From: an uncultured Bacteroidales bacterium
GTDB taxonomy: Bacteria > Bacteroidota > Bacteroidia > Bacteroidales > UBA932
DNA length: 64,000 nt
Direction: 5' to 3'
Assembly (NCBI GenBank): GCA_905235445.1
Contig: CAJOLJ010000018.1
Coordinates: 9,696 to 73,695, forward strand
Shown in pieces: positions 1 to 8,216 of the stretch. A program made the translations under genes and the position numbers. A model generated the notes under the pieces. The model was not told the origin of the DNA. It made no database searches and saw nothing but the letters and a program-made list of their open reading frames with translations. Within the stretch, counting starts at the first letter, position 1, and each line of letters opens with the position of its first letter.

Positions 1-1
1 G

Positions 2-640
2 AGTGGAGAGCAGCTCGAGAATGCCCTCTATGGGACAGGGGACGGGGCATCGGGCATAGTGAAAGCCAGGATATCTTTCCTCAGGGCCCTGTATGACGTG
101 CACCAGAGACAGTACAACTCAGCCCTCTCGCAGTATACCTCGGCCTCCGAAGAGCCAACGGATGACCGCTTCGGAAAGCAGTACCGCGCGTTCTACCTGA
201 TGAACAGGGGAGTGCTCAGGGCTGACATGATCGAGTTCATGTCCTCCATACAGACCAATGTCCAGACCCTCACAATGGATGACCAGAGGACAACGAGGGC
301 CAGGGTGTCCGACAGGGTGAGCCGGACCTACGACTACTCCGAGGCGATAGAAGACATGGAGCGGTCCCGGGACATCGCCCCTGACGTGGCCTATATACAT
401 TTCAACCTCGGGAACCTCTACTGCCTGGCCACTCGCCATGTCGAGGCCATAGAGTCCTACGGAGAGGCGGTGAAGCTGTATCCCCAGATGGGGGATGCGT
501 ACTACAACCGGGGCCTTGTGCTTATCTATCTGAAAGATAAGGAGAAGGGTTGCATTGACCTATCCAGGGCAGGTGAACTTGGAGTCGTTGATGCCTACAG
601 CGTCATCAACAAGTACTGCGAGGAGGACGAGAACAGATAG
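2..640 (+). CDS. TPR-repeat protein, C-terminal portion (gene starts upstream of the window)
   Basis: The frame is open from base 2 with no stop before the first listed Met at 59, so the 193-aa ORF is a truncated view. The C-terminal third has TPR-like spacing (AYIHFNLGNLYCLATRHVEAIESYGEAVKLYPQMGDAYYNRGLVLIYL). Confidence 0.6.
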   Translation, partial: SGEQLENALYGTGDGASGIVKARISFLRALYDVHQRQYNSALSQYTSASEEPTDDRFGKQYRAFYLMNRGVLRADMIEFMSSIQTNVQTLTMDDQRTTRARVSDRVSRTYDYSEAIEDMERSRDIAPDVAYIHFNLGNLYCLATRHVEAIESYGEAVKLYPQMGDAYYNRGLVLIYLKDKEKGCIDLSRAGELGVVDAYSVINKYCEEDENR

Positions 641-651
641 GAGAACCCGGC

Positions 652-1512
652 ATGCCTAGACCCCAGAAAAATACCCCGAACCTCTTTCACCCATCACTCA
701 TACCCGAAGGAAGGATGGTCATGATGAGCTTCTGCTCGGGAAGCTGCGGGAACTGCTATTTCCTGTCGAACGGGGATCATGCGATACTCATAGATGCAGG
801 CGTAAGCTATCGCCGCCTCCGCCAGGTTCTTTTCAGCGTAGGCCAGTCCCCTTCGTCAATAGAAGCCATCCTTCTCACGCACGACCACATGGATCACATA
901 AGGGGCATAGGCTCCCTGTGCAAGGGGCTCTCGGTCCCGGTCTATGCCACTCCCGCCGTCCATGACAAGCTCGCTCACCATGTCAACGCAGTGCCCTACA
1001 TAAATGGGTGCAGAAAGGATTTCCCGGAGGGGGACTGCATGACGATAGCTGGGATGAAGGTGAGGAATTTCGAAGTGCCGCACGATGCCACCCAAACTGT
1101 CGGGTACTACATCGAGGACCCCGTAAGCGGGGAAAACTTTCTGATGGCCACCGATATCGGAAGACCTACCCTGGAAGTGTACAGCCTCTCAAAAGAGGCG
1201 ACGACAATCGTGATAGAATCCAATTACGACATGGACATGCTCATTGCGGGACCCTATCCCGAGGATCTCAAGAGGAGAATATGCCGAGGCCACGGCCATA
1301 TGAGCAACGCCCAGTGCGCCCAGGTCCTCGGAAATGTCGTGCATCCAGGTCTCAAGAACGTGTTCCTCTGTCACCTCAGCGAGAACAACAATACCCCCAC
1401 AGCGGCATTCGCGGCTTCCAGCGAGGCCCTCTCCGATGCAGGAGTCGAGGATGGTACGATATCCCTGCGCGCCCTTCCACGGAGGACTCCTTCGCCGCTT
1501 TTCGTGCTGTAG
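652..1512 (+). CDS. MBL-fold metallo-hydrolase
   Basis: HxHxDH zinc motif (LTHDHMDHIRG). The N-terminal SGSCGNCYFL segment is typical of this family. An alternative start Met lies at 715. Confidence 0.8.
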   Translation: MPRPQKNTPNLFHPSLIPEGRMVMMSFCSGSCGNCYFLSNGDHAILIDAGVSYRRLRQVLFSVGQSPSSIEAILLTHDHMDHIRGIGSLCKGLSVPVYATPAVHDKLAHHVNAVPYINGCRKDFPEGDCMTIAGMKVRNFEVPHDATQTVGYYIEDPVSGENFLMATDIGRPTLEVYSLSKEATTIVIESNYDMDMLIAGPYPEDLKRRICRGHGHMSNAQCAQVLGNVVHPGLKNVFLCHLSENNNTPTAAFAASSEALSDAGVEDGTISLRALPRRTPSPLFVL

Positions 1513-1738
1513 TCTGTCCGGGGGCGGGCCTTGGGGCCTCCCCGGGGATACATCCCCTCTAAATCGTATACTCCATTTACGGACAGGAAGTTCCGCCCCT
1601 TCCGTCATCCTGTCTACCGATATCAAGTCATACGATTGCTTTTCATATAGAATAGTCCTATCTTTACCCCGCATCTTATGTTTCACCCGTCGGCATCCAC
1701 CTTCCGTACCGATGTCGGCACAATCCAAATTAAGCAGC

Positions 1739-2155
1739 ATGAAGAAATTTATCATGGCCCTTGCCTGCACGCTCATGGTCGGATTCCTTTTCACGGGATG
1801 CGGCAGTGGCGGAGGCGAAAAGAAGGTCAAAGGCGAGAAGGAGGGCACAGTAAAGGAAGCCCCCTCGAAGAAAAACTCCAAGGCTGATGAAGCCGCCGAC
1901 AAGACTGCCCCCAAGGCAAAGGACGCCCTCAAGGAACTTGAGGAGATAGTCAAGTGGGGCGAGGACTTCAAGAAGAAAGCCGACAATAAGGAAATCACCG
2001 GTACGGAGGCTCTCGGGTATCTCGTACAGTTTGTGGAGAAGGCATCCAACTATGAGAAAGAGTACGGTTCCCTTACCGAAGACGACTTCTCTCCCAGGCA
2101 GTACAAGCGTTATCAGGAACTTAAGGCCAGACTGAAGGAATTGGTCGACAATTAG
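1739..2155 (+). CDS. Small lysine/glutamate-rich lipoprotein, function unknown
   Basis: Internal Met of ORF 1334..2155 gives MKKFIMALACTLMVGFLFTGC, a signal peptide plus lipobox Cys. The part of the ORF upstream of this Met has no protein-like character. Confidence 0.6.
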   Translation: MKKFIMALACTLMVGFLFTGCGSGGGEKKVKGEKEGTVKEAPSKKNSKADEAADKTAPKAKDALKELEEIVKWGEDFKKKADNKEITGTEALGYLVQFVEKASNYEKEYGSLTEDDFSPRQYKRYQELKARLKELVDN

Positions 2156-2340
2156 TTAGTAAGGCCACCTGGAGGGATACGGGCTCTTCTTCACCATTTC
2201 TCCAGCAGGTGGAAAAGAATAAGTGCGCCCGGGTCCCAGTGAGAGGCCCGGGTGACGTCTTTCTTGAATGTTTATGTTTCGAATCTTTCTCGGCAGAATC
2301 TCGTTATAAAAAAACCATATTTGCATAAAATGTGACTGCT

Positions 2341-2421
2341 ATGAAACTGTTACCGACAGGAATGTGCTCATTTGACGAGATTATAGACAATGGGTATTAC
2401 TATGTGGACAAAACCAAGTAA
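2341..2421 (+). pseudogene. N-terminal 26-codon remnant of an AAA-ATPase-like/PD-(D/E)XK (PF09820/PF08011-type) gene
   Basis: Translates to MKLLPTGMCSFDEIIDNGYYYVDKTK then a stop. The G-x-x-F-x-E-I-I-x-x-x-YYYVDKT start is the hallmark N-terminus of the predicted AAA-ATPase family. It ends where the IS remnant begins. Confidence 0.55.
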
Positions 2422-2446
2422 TGATTAAAAAATAAGTTGGTATATT

Positions 2447-3185
2447 TTAGATCGGCTTGACGAGATAGTTCCACTTAGGCAGGTTGGGGTGGAAAACGAC
2501 ATGCCATCCAAGACGTCTTTCATGGTTGAGATCAATCAGTCTTTTTATGTCATACTCTTTTGTGTTTACATCGACATATACTGTCAATCCTGTTTTTTGT
2601 GGTGGTTTCTGCAGCCCTCCTCACGGCATCGTCCATGGAAAGAAGCGGAGCACCGCTCCAACTTCGGGTTATCTGCGAAAACAACTTATGTTCAATGGGA
2701 TTGTACTTTGAACAATACGGAGGATAGTGCATAACGAGAAGCTTCATACCCAATCTATTGGCGAGATCCATCAAGTCTTGCTTGACGATTTTGTGCGAGC
2801 AGGAGTTGGATCCCCCGCCGTCGCACAGTATGGCGATGGTGTTGACCTCCGGATACTGTACTTTGAGGTACTTATCCCAAACTCTCTCTATGTTGTCGCA
2901 GACAAACATGGACGTGTCATGGTCGGTGCCCATGGTCATGTACCCCACGTTCCTAGTCACGTCATATATGCCATGCGGGACAATCTTGCCTTCTGCGAAC
3001 GACTCGAAGTCATGGTCGAGCGACTTGGGCTGTCCTACGCAGAGAACCTTCCCGGATCTCTTGAAGTTCCCGAGGAGTTCCTTCTTCTTGGTGTCTATGC
3101 TGAGGAGGGGAATGCCGAGCTCCTCGCATTGCTTCCGTACTTCTGCTATGTGAACGAACTGGGCATCCCGCTCCGTGACCTCACG
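2447..3185 (-). pseudogene. ISAzo13-family (DDE_Tnp_ISAZ013-type) transposase, 5'-truncated and frameshifted
   Basis: The minus ORF 2550..3467 carries family-typical segments: RDAQF, SIDTKKKELLGNFK, HDF, GIYDV, GTDHDT, CDGGGSN, HYPPYCSKYNPIEHKLFS. The roughly 150-200 N-terminal residues expected for this family are missing. After ...AETTTK the frame breaks at a T6 run (2593..2598 on the + strand). The adjacent frame continues TGLTVYVDVNTKEYDIKRLIDLNHERRLGWHVVFHPNLPKWNYLVKPI to a stop at 2447..2449. Confidence 0.75.
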
Positions 3186-3752
3186 CATCGGAAGGTCCTC
3201 TTCTATGATTACATAAAGCATCAGCTTTCGACCTTCGGGAAGATGGAGGCGGAGAAATTGTCGTCTCTTTTCCACGCCATGGCATTGGATGGTAAGTGGA
3301 AGGAGATGCTTACTTACGTTGTTTCCAAACTGGACCGAAGTTCGTCCACACGAGATCTCATAGGAGGGGAGAGGGCCCTTCAGGCTTACATCAAGGGCGT
3401 ACTTGATACCGGTGACTATTATCAGCCGAAGACAGAGATGGAAGTGGCCCACCATCCGAATGACCACCTTCTCTTTCCCTGGTCAGATGAGTGGTACAAG
3501 GTTGCAAAGTTTGTGTCTCACACATATATCATCGAGATTAAGTGGTTGCATTCGGATAGCACAGAGGCTGCTGTAAAGTCAAAATACGCCCAGGCAAAGA
3601 GGCAGCTTGCCCCCTATCGCCATGATCCTGTATTGGGAAGATTGGTCGGGACGGCTGAACTGCATTGCCTTGTCTTGATAGTCAAGGGTTTTGATTTGGT
3701 CATACTGGATGAAATCCCTTCGGAGGTCCTGGACGGGATGGCTGAACAGTAG
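3185..3752 (+). pseudogene. C-terminal (PD-(D/E)XK, PDDEXK_9-like) fragment of the same AAA-ATPase-like gene
   Basis: Only the last ~190 codons of ORF 2727..3752 look protein-like (…GERALQAYIKGVLDTGDYYQPKTEMEVAHHPNDHLLFP…HTYIIEIKW…AKRQLAPY…). The 5' two-thirds of that ORF is the antisense shadow of the transposase fragment. Confidence 0.55.
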
Positions 3753-3819
3753 CTGTCCCCGGACACCGGAACAATTGCGAGGGGCTTCTTCGTAAATATG
3801 ATAGTTTGGGCAAAATAGC

Positions 3820-3827
3820 TAAATTTG
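3820..3827 (+). promoter_or_regulatory. Bacteroidetes -7 promoter box (TAAATTTG)
   Basis: Matches TAnnTTTG, 27 nt upstream of the ATG at 3854. It lies downstream of the longer-ORF start at 3806 and so argues for the 3854 start. Confidence 0.5.
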
Positions 3828-3853
3828 TACTCGCAACTATCATTACCATCACA

Positions 3854-5866
3854 ATGAAAGCCCTTATCCTCAACTCGGGACTGGGACACCGAATGGGAGT
3901 CCTGACCAGCGAGCACCCCAAGTGCATGACGGAACTTTCCCCGTCCCAGACGGTACTGTCCCGTCAATTGTCTCTGCTGTGCGATGCCGGCATCAAAGAT
4001 GTCATAATGACCACAGGCTACTACGAGGATGTGCTCCGGGAGTATTGTCTCAGCCTGGACCTGCCACTTAGGATTACGTTTGTCCGAAACCCCATTTACG
4101 ACAAGACCAACTATATCTACTCTATCTACTGTGCCAGGGAGTATTTAAGGGACGATGACATCATCCTCATGCACGGGGACCTGGTATTTGAGAACTCCGT
4201 CTTTGATGAGGTGATGCGCTTCGGGGGAAGCTGCATGACAGTAAGTTCCACCCAGTCCCTTCCGCAAAAGGATTTCAAGGCCGTTGTCAAGGACGGCAAA
4301 ATAACCAAGGTCGGGGTGGAGTTTTTCGAGGATGGGGCCGTGGCTGCCCAGCCACTGTATAGGATGGTCCGCTCAGACTGGATGGTCTGGCTGGAGGGGA
4401 TCGTCGAGTACTGTGAACGGGGAGAGGTGAAGTGTTATGCGGAGAATGCACTGAATGAAGTAAGTGACCTTTGTTCTGTCCGTCCTCTGGATGTGGGAGG
4501 CATGCTATGTTCGGAGATAGATACGCCCCAGGACTATTCCGTCGTGAAAGCCACCCTCCAGGAGATAGAGTCCCGCATCGTGTACATGTGTTTCTCGACA
4601 GACATAATCCACAGCGGCCACATCTCCATCATAAGAAAGGCCCAGAGGCTCGGTAAACTCATTATCGGTGTTCTCTCGGATGAGGCGACGGCTTCGTTCA
4701 AGCACTATCCGATGGTCCCTTTCGAGCAGCGTTGTTCCCTTTTCGAGAACATCTCCGGTGTGTACAAGGTGGTCCGTCAGGACACTCTCTCATATAAGGA
4801 CAATATCCGTTCCCTGCATCCATACTATGTCGTCCACGGGGATGACTGGCGGGAAGGTTTCCAGAGACCTGTCCGGGAGGAGGTGTGCTCCGTCCTATCG
4901 GAGTATGGGGGACATCTTGTTGAGTTCCCGTACACCAAGGACGATGCGCTTGACCAGTTGGAGGACCTTTACCGCTCCCGCCTGTCAATGCCGGACTTTC
5001 GCCGTGCGAGACTCTCGAAACTGCTGGCCATGAAGGGGTTGGTTACTGCCATCGAGGCCCACAGCGGCATAACCGGATTGATAGCTGAGAAGACTACCGT
5101 TCTCCAGGATGGGAAGACTTATCAGTTCGATGCCATGTGGCTGTCGAGCCTATGTGATTCGACGGCCAAGGGAAAGCCGGACATTGAACTTGTGGACCTC
5201 AGCAGTCGCCTGCGCACTGTCGACGATATCATGGACGTCACCACGAAACCCATCATTTTCGACGGGGATACCGGCGGACTGCCGGAACATTTCACATACA
5301 CGGTGAGGACACTGGAGCGGCTCGGTGTGTCGATGGTCATCATCGAGGACAAGGTCGGACTGAAGAAGAACTCGCTCTTCGGGACTTCTGTCCCCCAGAC
5401 CCAGGATGACATCGAGCATTTCTGCGAGAAGATACGTGCCGGCAAGCGGGCCCGCAAGTCCCGTGACTTCATGATATGCGCCCGTATCGAGAGCCTCATC
5501 CTCGAAAAGGGCCAGGAAGATGCCATCAGAAGGGCCAGGGCCTATGTCGAGGCCGGTGCCGATGCGATAATGATCCATAGCAGGAAGAAGGAACCGGACG
5601 AGATATTCTCTTTCGTGGAGGAGTTCAGGCTTCAGGATAAAGCCACTCCCATCGCAGTCGTTCCCACATCATTCAATACCGTGACGGAGGATGAGTTCAA
5701 ACGTAGGGGGGTGAATATAGTGATCTATGCAAATCAGCTCACCCGAAGCGGGTTCCCTGCAATGCAGGAAGCGGCGAAGACCATTCTGCGCAACCACAGG
5801 GCTGCCGAGGCAGATGCCATGTGCATGCCCATAAAGGATATCATCACCCTCATTCCCGAGGAGTAG
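3854..5866 (+). CDS. aepX: Tri-domain fusion: LicC/PntC-like nucleotidyltransferase + HxGH cytidylyltransferase-like domain + phosphoenolpyruvate mutase
   Basis: N-terminal MKALILNSGLGHRMG (G-x-G-x-R nucleotidyltransferase loop) spans ~3854-4580. The middle VYMCFSTDIIHSGH (HxGH motif) and VVHGDDW span ~4580-4990. The C-terminal PEP mutase spans ~5010-5866, with DGDTGG and the diagnostic EDK-x5-NS motif (IIEDKVGLKKNSLFG). Confidence 0.85.
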   Translation: MKALILNSGLGHRMGVLTSEHPKCMTELSPSQTVLSRQLSLLCDAGIKDVIMTTGYYEDVLREYCLSLDLPLRITFVRNPIYDKTNYIYSIYCAREYLRDDDIILMHGDLVFENSVFDEVMRFGGSCMTVSSTQSLPQKDFKAVVKDGKITKVGVEFFEDGAVAAQPLYRMVRSDWMVWLEGIVEYCERGEVKCYAENALNEVSDLCSVRPLDVGGMLCSEIDTPQDYSVVKATLQEIESRIVYMCFSTDIIHSGHISIIRKAQRLGKLIIGVLSDEATASFKHYPMVPFEQRCSLFENISGVYKVVRQDTLSYKDNIRSLHPYYVVHGDDWREGFQRPVREEVCSVLSEYGGHLVEFPYTKDDALDQLEDLYRSRLSMPDFRRARLSKLLAMKGLVTAIEAHSGITGLIAEKTTVLQDGKTYQFDAMWLSSLCDSTAKGKPDIELVDLSSRLRTVDDIMDVTTKPIIFDGDTGGLPEHFTYTVRTLERLGVSMVIIEDKVGLKKNSLFGTSVPQTQDDIEHFCEKIRAGKRARKSRDFMICARIESLILEKGQEDAIRRARAYVEAGADAIMIHSRKKEPDEIFSFVEEFRLQDKATPIAVVPTSFNTVTEDEFKRRGVNIVIYANQLTRSGFPAMQEAAKTILRNHRAAEADAMCMPIKDIITLIPEE

Positions 5867-5882
5867 AATATACACTGTCGCC

Positions 5883-7022
5883 ATGATATCGACATCCTCT
5901 TTCATAGACCGTCTCACGGCTCTCGGGGTGGACTTTTTCAGCGGAGTCCCCGACAGTCTGCTCTCTTCACTGAGTGCGTGCATAGTTGACTCTTTCCCGA
6001 AGGACAGGCACATCATTGCCGCAAATGAGGGCGCCGCAACCGCGCTTTGTGCCGGTTACAACCTTTCCACGGGAAGGATCGGGTGCACCTATATGCAGAA
6101 TAGCGGCCTTGGGAATGCCATAAACCCTCTTCTGTCGCTTTGCGACGGGCAGGTGTATGGGATACCGGTGCTGCTCATCATCGGCTGGAGAGGGGAACCG
6201 GGTGTGCATGACGAGCCTCAGCACGCAAAACAGGGAGGGGTCACTCTCTCCCTCCTGGATGCCTGCGAGATACCCCATGAGATACTCTCCACCGGGGAGG
6301 AAGAGGCTCTTGTGCAGGTGGAAAGGGCGGTGGAGTTCATGAAGGAGCAGTCACGTCCATATGCTCTTGTAGTTAGGAAAGGTACTTTCCTGAAGTATGA
6401 ATCACCCCTCCCCGACCCTTCCAGGGGAGATGAGGGCCTTCCCCTTACAAGGGAGGATGCGATAAGGGTGATACTTGAGCATCTTGCCCCATCTGATGCG
6501 GTAGTGTCCACTACCGGGATGGCCAGCCGGGAACTGTTCGAACTGCGTGAGTCAAGGCACGAAGGCCATGGACGGGATTTCCTGACGGTGGGGTCCATGG
6601 GACACGCATCCCAGATCGCGCTGTCCATTTCCCTGCAAAAGCCCCACAGGAGAGTTGTCTGCCTTGACGGGGACGGAGCCGCCATAATGCACATGGGTTC
6701 GCTTGCGATCTCGGGGCAAAACGCACGGGGCAACTTCCTCCATATAGTGCTGAATAACGGGGCGCACGAGTCCGTCGGAGGGCAGCCTACGGTAGGACTT
6801 GACATAGATTTGCCGAAAGTGGCATCGGCTGTCGGATACCCGCAGGTGAAAAGTGTCCGCACCGAAGAGGAACTCTCCTCAGCCCTGGATTTGTGGAGGG
6901 ATGCCCCAGGGGCCTGTTTCCTTGAAGTGAAGGTGCGAAAAGGCCACCGTCCCGATCTTGGAAGGCCCACTGCCACTCCCACCCAGAACAAGCAGTCCTT
7001 CACCGCTTTCCTACAGCAGTAA
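5883..7022 (+). CDS. aepY: Phosphonopyruvate decarboxylase (TPP-dependent)
   Basis: TPP-binding GDGAAIMHMGSL…NNGAHESVGGQ motif and ~380 aa size. It lies directly downstream of the PEP mutase with a 16-nt gap. Confidence 0.85.
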   Translation: MISTSSFIDRLTALGVDFFSGVPDSLLSSLSACIVDSFPKDRHIIAANEGAATALCAGYNLSTGRIGCTYMQNSGLGNAINPLLSLCDGQVYGIPVLLIIGWRGEPGVHDEPQHAKQGGVTLSLLDACEIPHEILSTGEEEALVQVERAVEFMKEQSRPYALVVRKGTFLKYESPLPDPSRGDEGLPLTREDAIRVILEHLAPSDAVVSTTGMASRELFELRESRHEGHGRDFLTVGSMGHASQIALSISLQKPHRRVVCLDGDGAAIMHMGSLAISGQNARGNFLHIVLNNGAHESVGGQPTVGLDIDLPKVASAVGYPQVKSVRTEEELSSALDLWRDAPGACFLEVKVRKGHRPDLGRPTATPTQNKQSFTAFLQQ

Positions 7023-7040
7023 ACCATCCCCTCCCTCACC

Positions 7041-8159
7041 ATGCAAGAGATTCTTTTCGGGATAGACGCTCTCCCTTCCGCCATCGGGCAGTGCCGAAGG
7101 CCCATGCTCGTTTGCGACGGGTCATACAGGTTTCTTGGGACAAGGGATAAGATAGATTCCGCTCTGGGTGAGAAGGCAGGCGGAAGTCCCCTTGTCGTGT
7201 TCTCATCTTTCGCCTCCAATCCCCTCTATGAGGATGTATGCAAAGGAGTGGACCTTTTCCGTCGGGAAGGGTGTGACTGCATCCTCGCCGTAGGGGGAGG
7301 AAGCAGCCTGGATACGGCAAAATGCATAAAGCTTTTCGGGGGGATGGACCCCCGCGGCGGAAACTATCTGACAAGGGAGTGGACCCCGTCGGACGTGAAG
7401 CTCATAGCCATCCCGACAACGGCCGGTACCGGCAGCGAGTCCACACGCTATGCGGTCATTTATTTCGAGGGCAAAAAACAGTCGATTACCCATGAGGGTA
7501 TCATCCCGAATATCGCCATACTCGATGGCGAGGCTCTTCGGACCCTGCCTCCGTACCAGAGGAAGTGCACCCTCCTGGATGCCCTCTGCCAGGGCATCGA
7601 ATCCTGGTGGAGCGTAAACTCCACCCCTGAAAGTGTCGGATACTCCAGGGCGTGCGTCGAAGGGATAATGAGGGACTGGAGAGGGTACATCAATGATGAC
7701 AACGGAGCTTTGTATGACAGGATGATGCTTCATGCCAACTATGGCGGCAGGGCAATCTGCGTCACCCAGACTACCGCTCCCCATGCCTTCAGCTACAAGT
7801 TGACCTCGACCTACGGCCTTCCCCACGGGCATGCCGTGGCCGTGTGCCTGCCTGAAATCTGGGCCTTCATGATAGGAAACATGCAGGGGTGCGTGGACCC
7901 GAGGGGACAGCAGTACCTTTGGGGTGTGTTCTGTGATATCGCATCGGCCCTGGGGGCTGGAAGCCCTTCTGAGGGAGTGGACCTTTTCCGGTCCCTCCTT
8001 GGGGACCTTCACATCGAAAACCCGGTATCCCCGTCCCCAAGGGAGGATATCGAGATGCTCTCGGGCAGTGTAAACCCGCTCCGCCTGTCCAATAACCCTG
8101 TGAGACTTACCAGTGGGGACATGGCGGCAATCTACTCCAAGGTCCTTGGCGTATCCTAG
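7041..8159 (+). CDS. Iron-containing (group III) alcohol dehydrogenase; candidate phosphonoacetaldehyde reductase
   Basis: GGGSSLDTAKCIK nucleotide-binding motif and a metal-ligand His cluster (APHAFSYKLTSTYGLPHGHAVA). It is the third gene of the phosphonate operon with an 18-nt gap. The substrate assignment is inferred from context. Confidence 0.7.
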   Translation: MQEILFGIDALPSAIGQCRRPMLVCDGSYRFLGTRDKIDSALGEKAGGSPLVVFSSFASNPLYEDVCKGVDLFRREGCDCILAVGGGSSLDTAKCIKLFGGMDPRGGNYLTREWTPSDVKLIAIPTTAGTGSESTRYAVIYFEGKKQSITHEGIIPNIAILDGEALRTLPPYQRKCTLLDALCQGIESWWSVNSTPESVGYSRACVEGIMRDWRGYINDDNGALYDRMMLHANYGGRAICVTQTTAPHAFSYKLTSTYGLPHGHAVAVCLPEIWAFMIGNMQGCVDPRGQQYLWGVFCDIASALGAGSPSEGVDLFRSLLGDLHIENPVSPSPREDIEMLSGSVNPLRLSNNPVRLTSGDMAAIYSKVLGVS

Positions 8160-8174
8160 AGTGGACATCCGGAC

Positions 8175-8211
8175 AGAAAAAATCCCGGGGGAGTCCCGGG
8201 ATTGCTTTTTT
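8175..8211. terminator. Bidirectional intrinsic terminator between convergent genes
   Basis: A perfect 9-bp stem AATCCCGGG / CCCGGGATT with loop GGAGT, flanked by an A-run upstream and GCTTTTTT downstream. It sits between the stops at 8159 (+) and 8217 (-). Confidence 0.75.
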
Positions 8212-8216
8212 AGGGG

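Noticed and set aside
2727-3752. 341-aa plus-strand ORF as a single intact gene
   Set aside because: Only its last ~190 codons resemble a real protein (PD-(D/E)XK C-terminus). The first part is antisense to clear ISAzo13 transposase sequence. It is treated as a chimera or pseudogene fragment.
6218-8168. 333-aa and 321-aa minus-strand ORFs opposite the decarboxylase and alcohol dehydrogenase genes
   Set aside because: Antisense shadows. The plus-strand frames carry the TPP and Fe-ADH motifs and form a tight operon.
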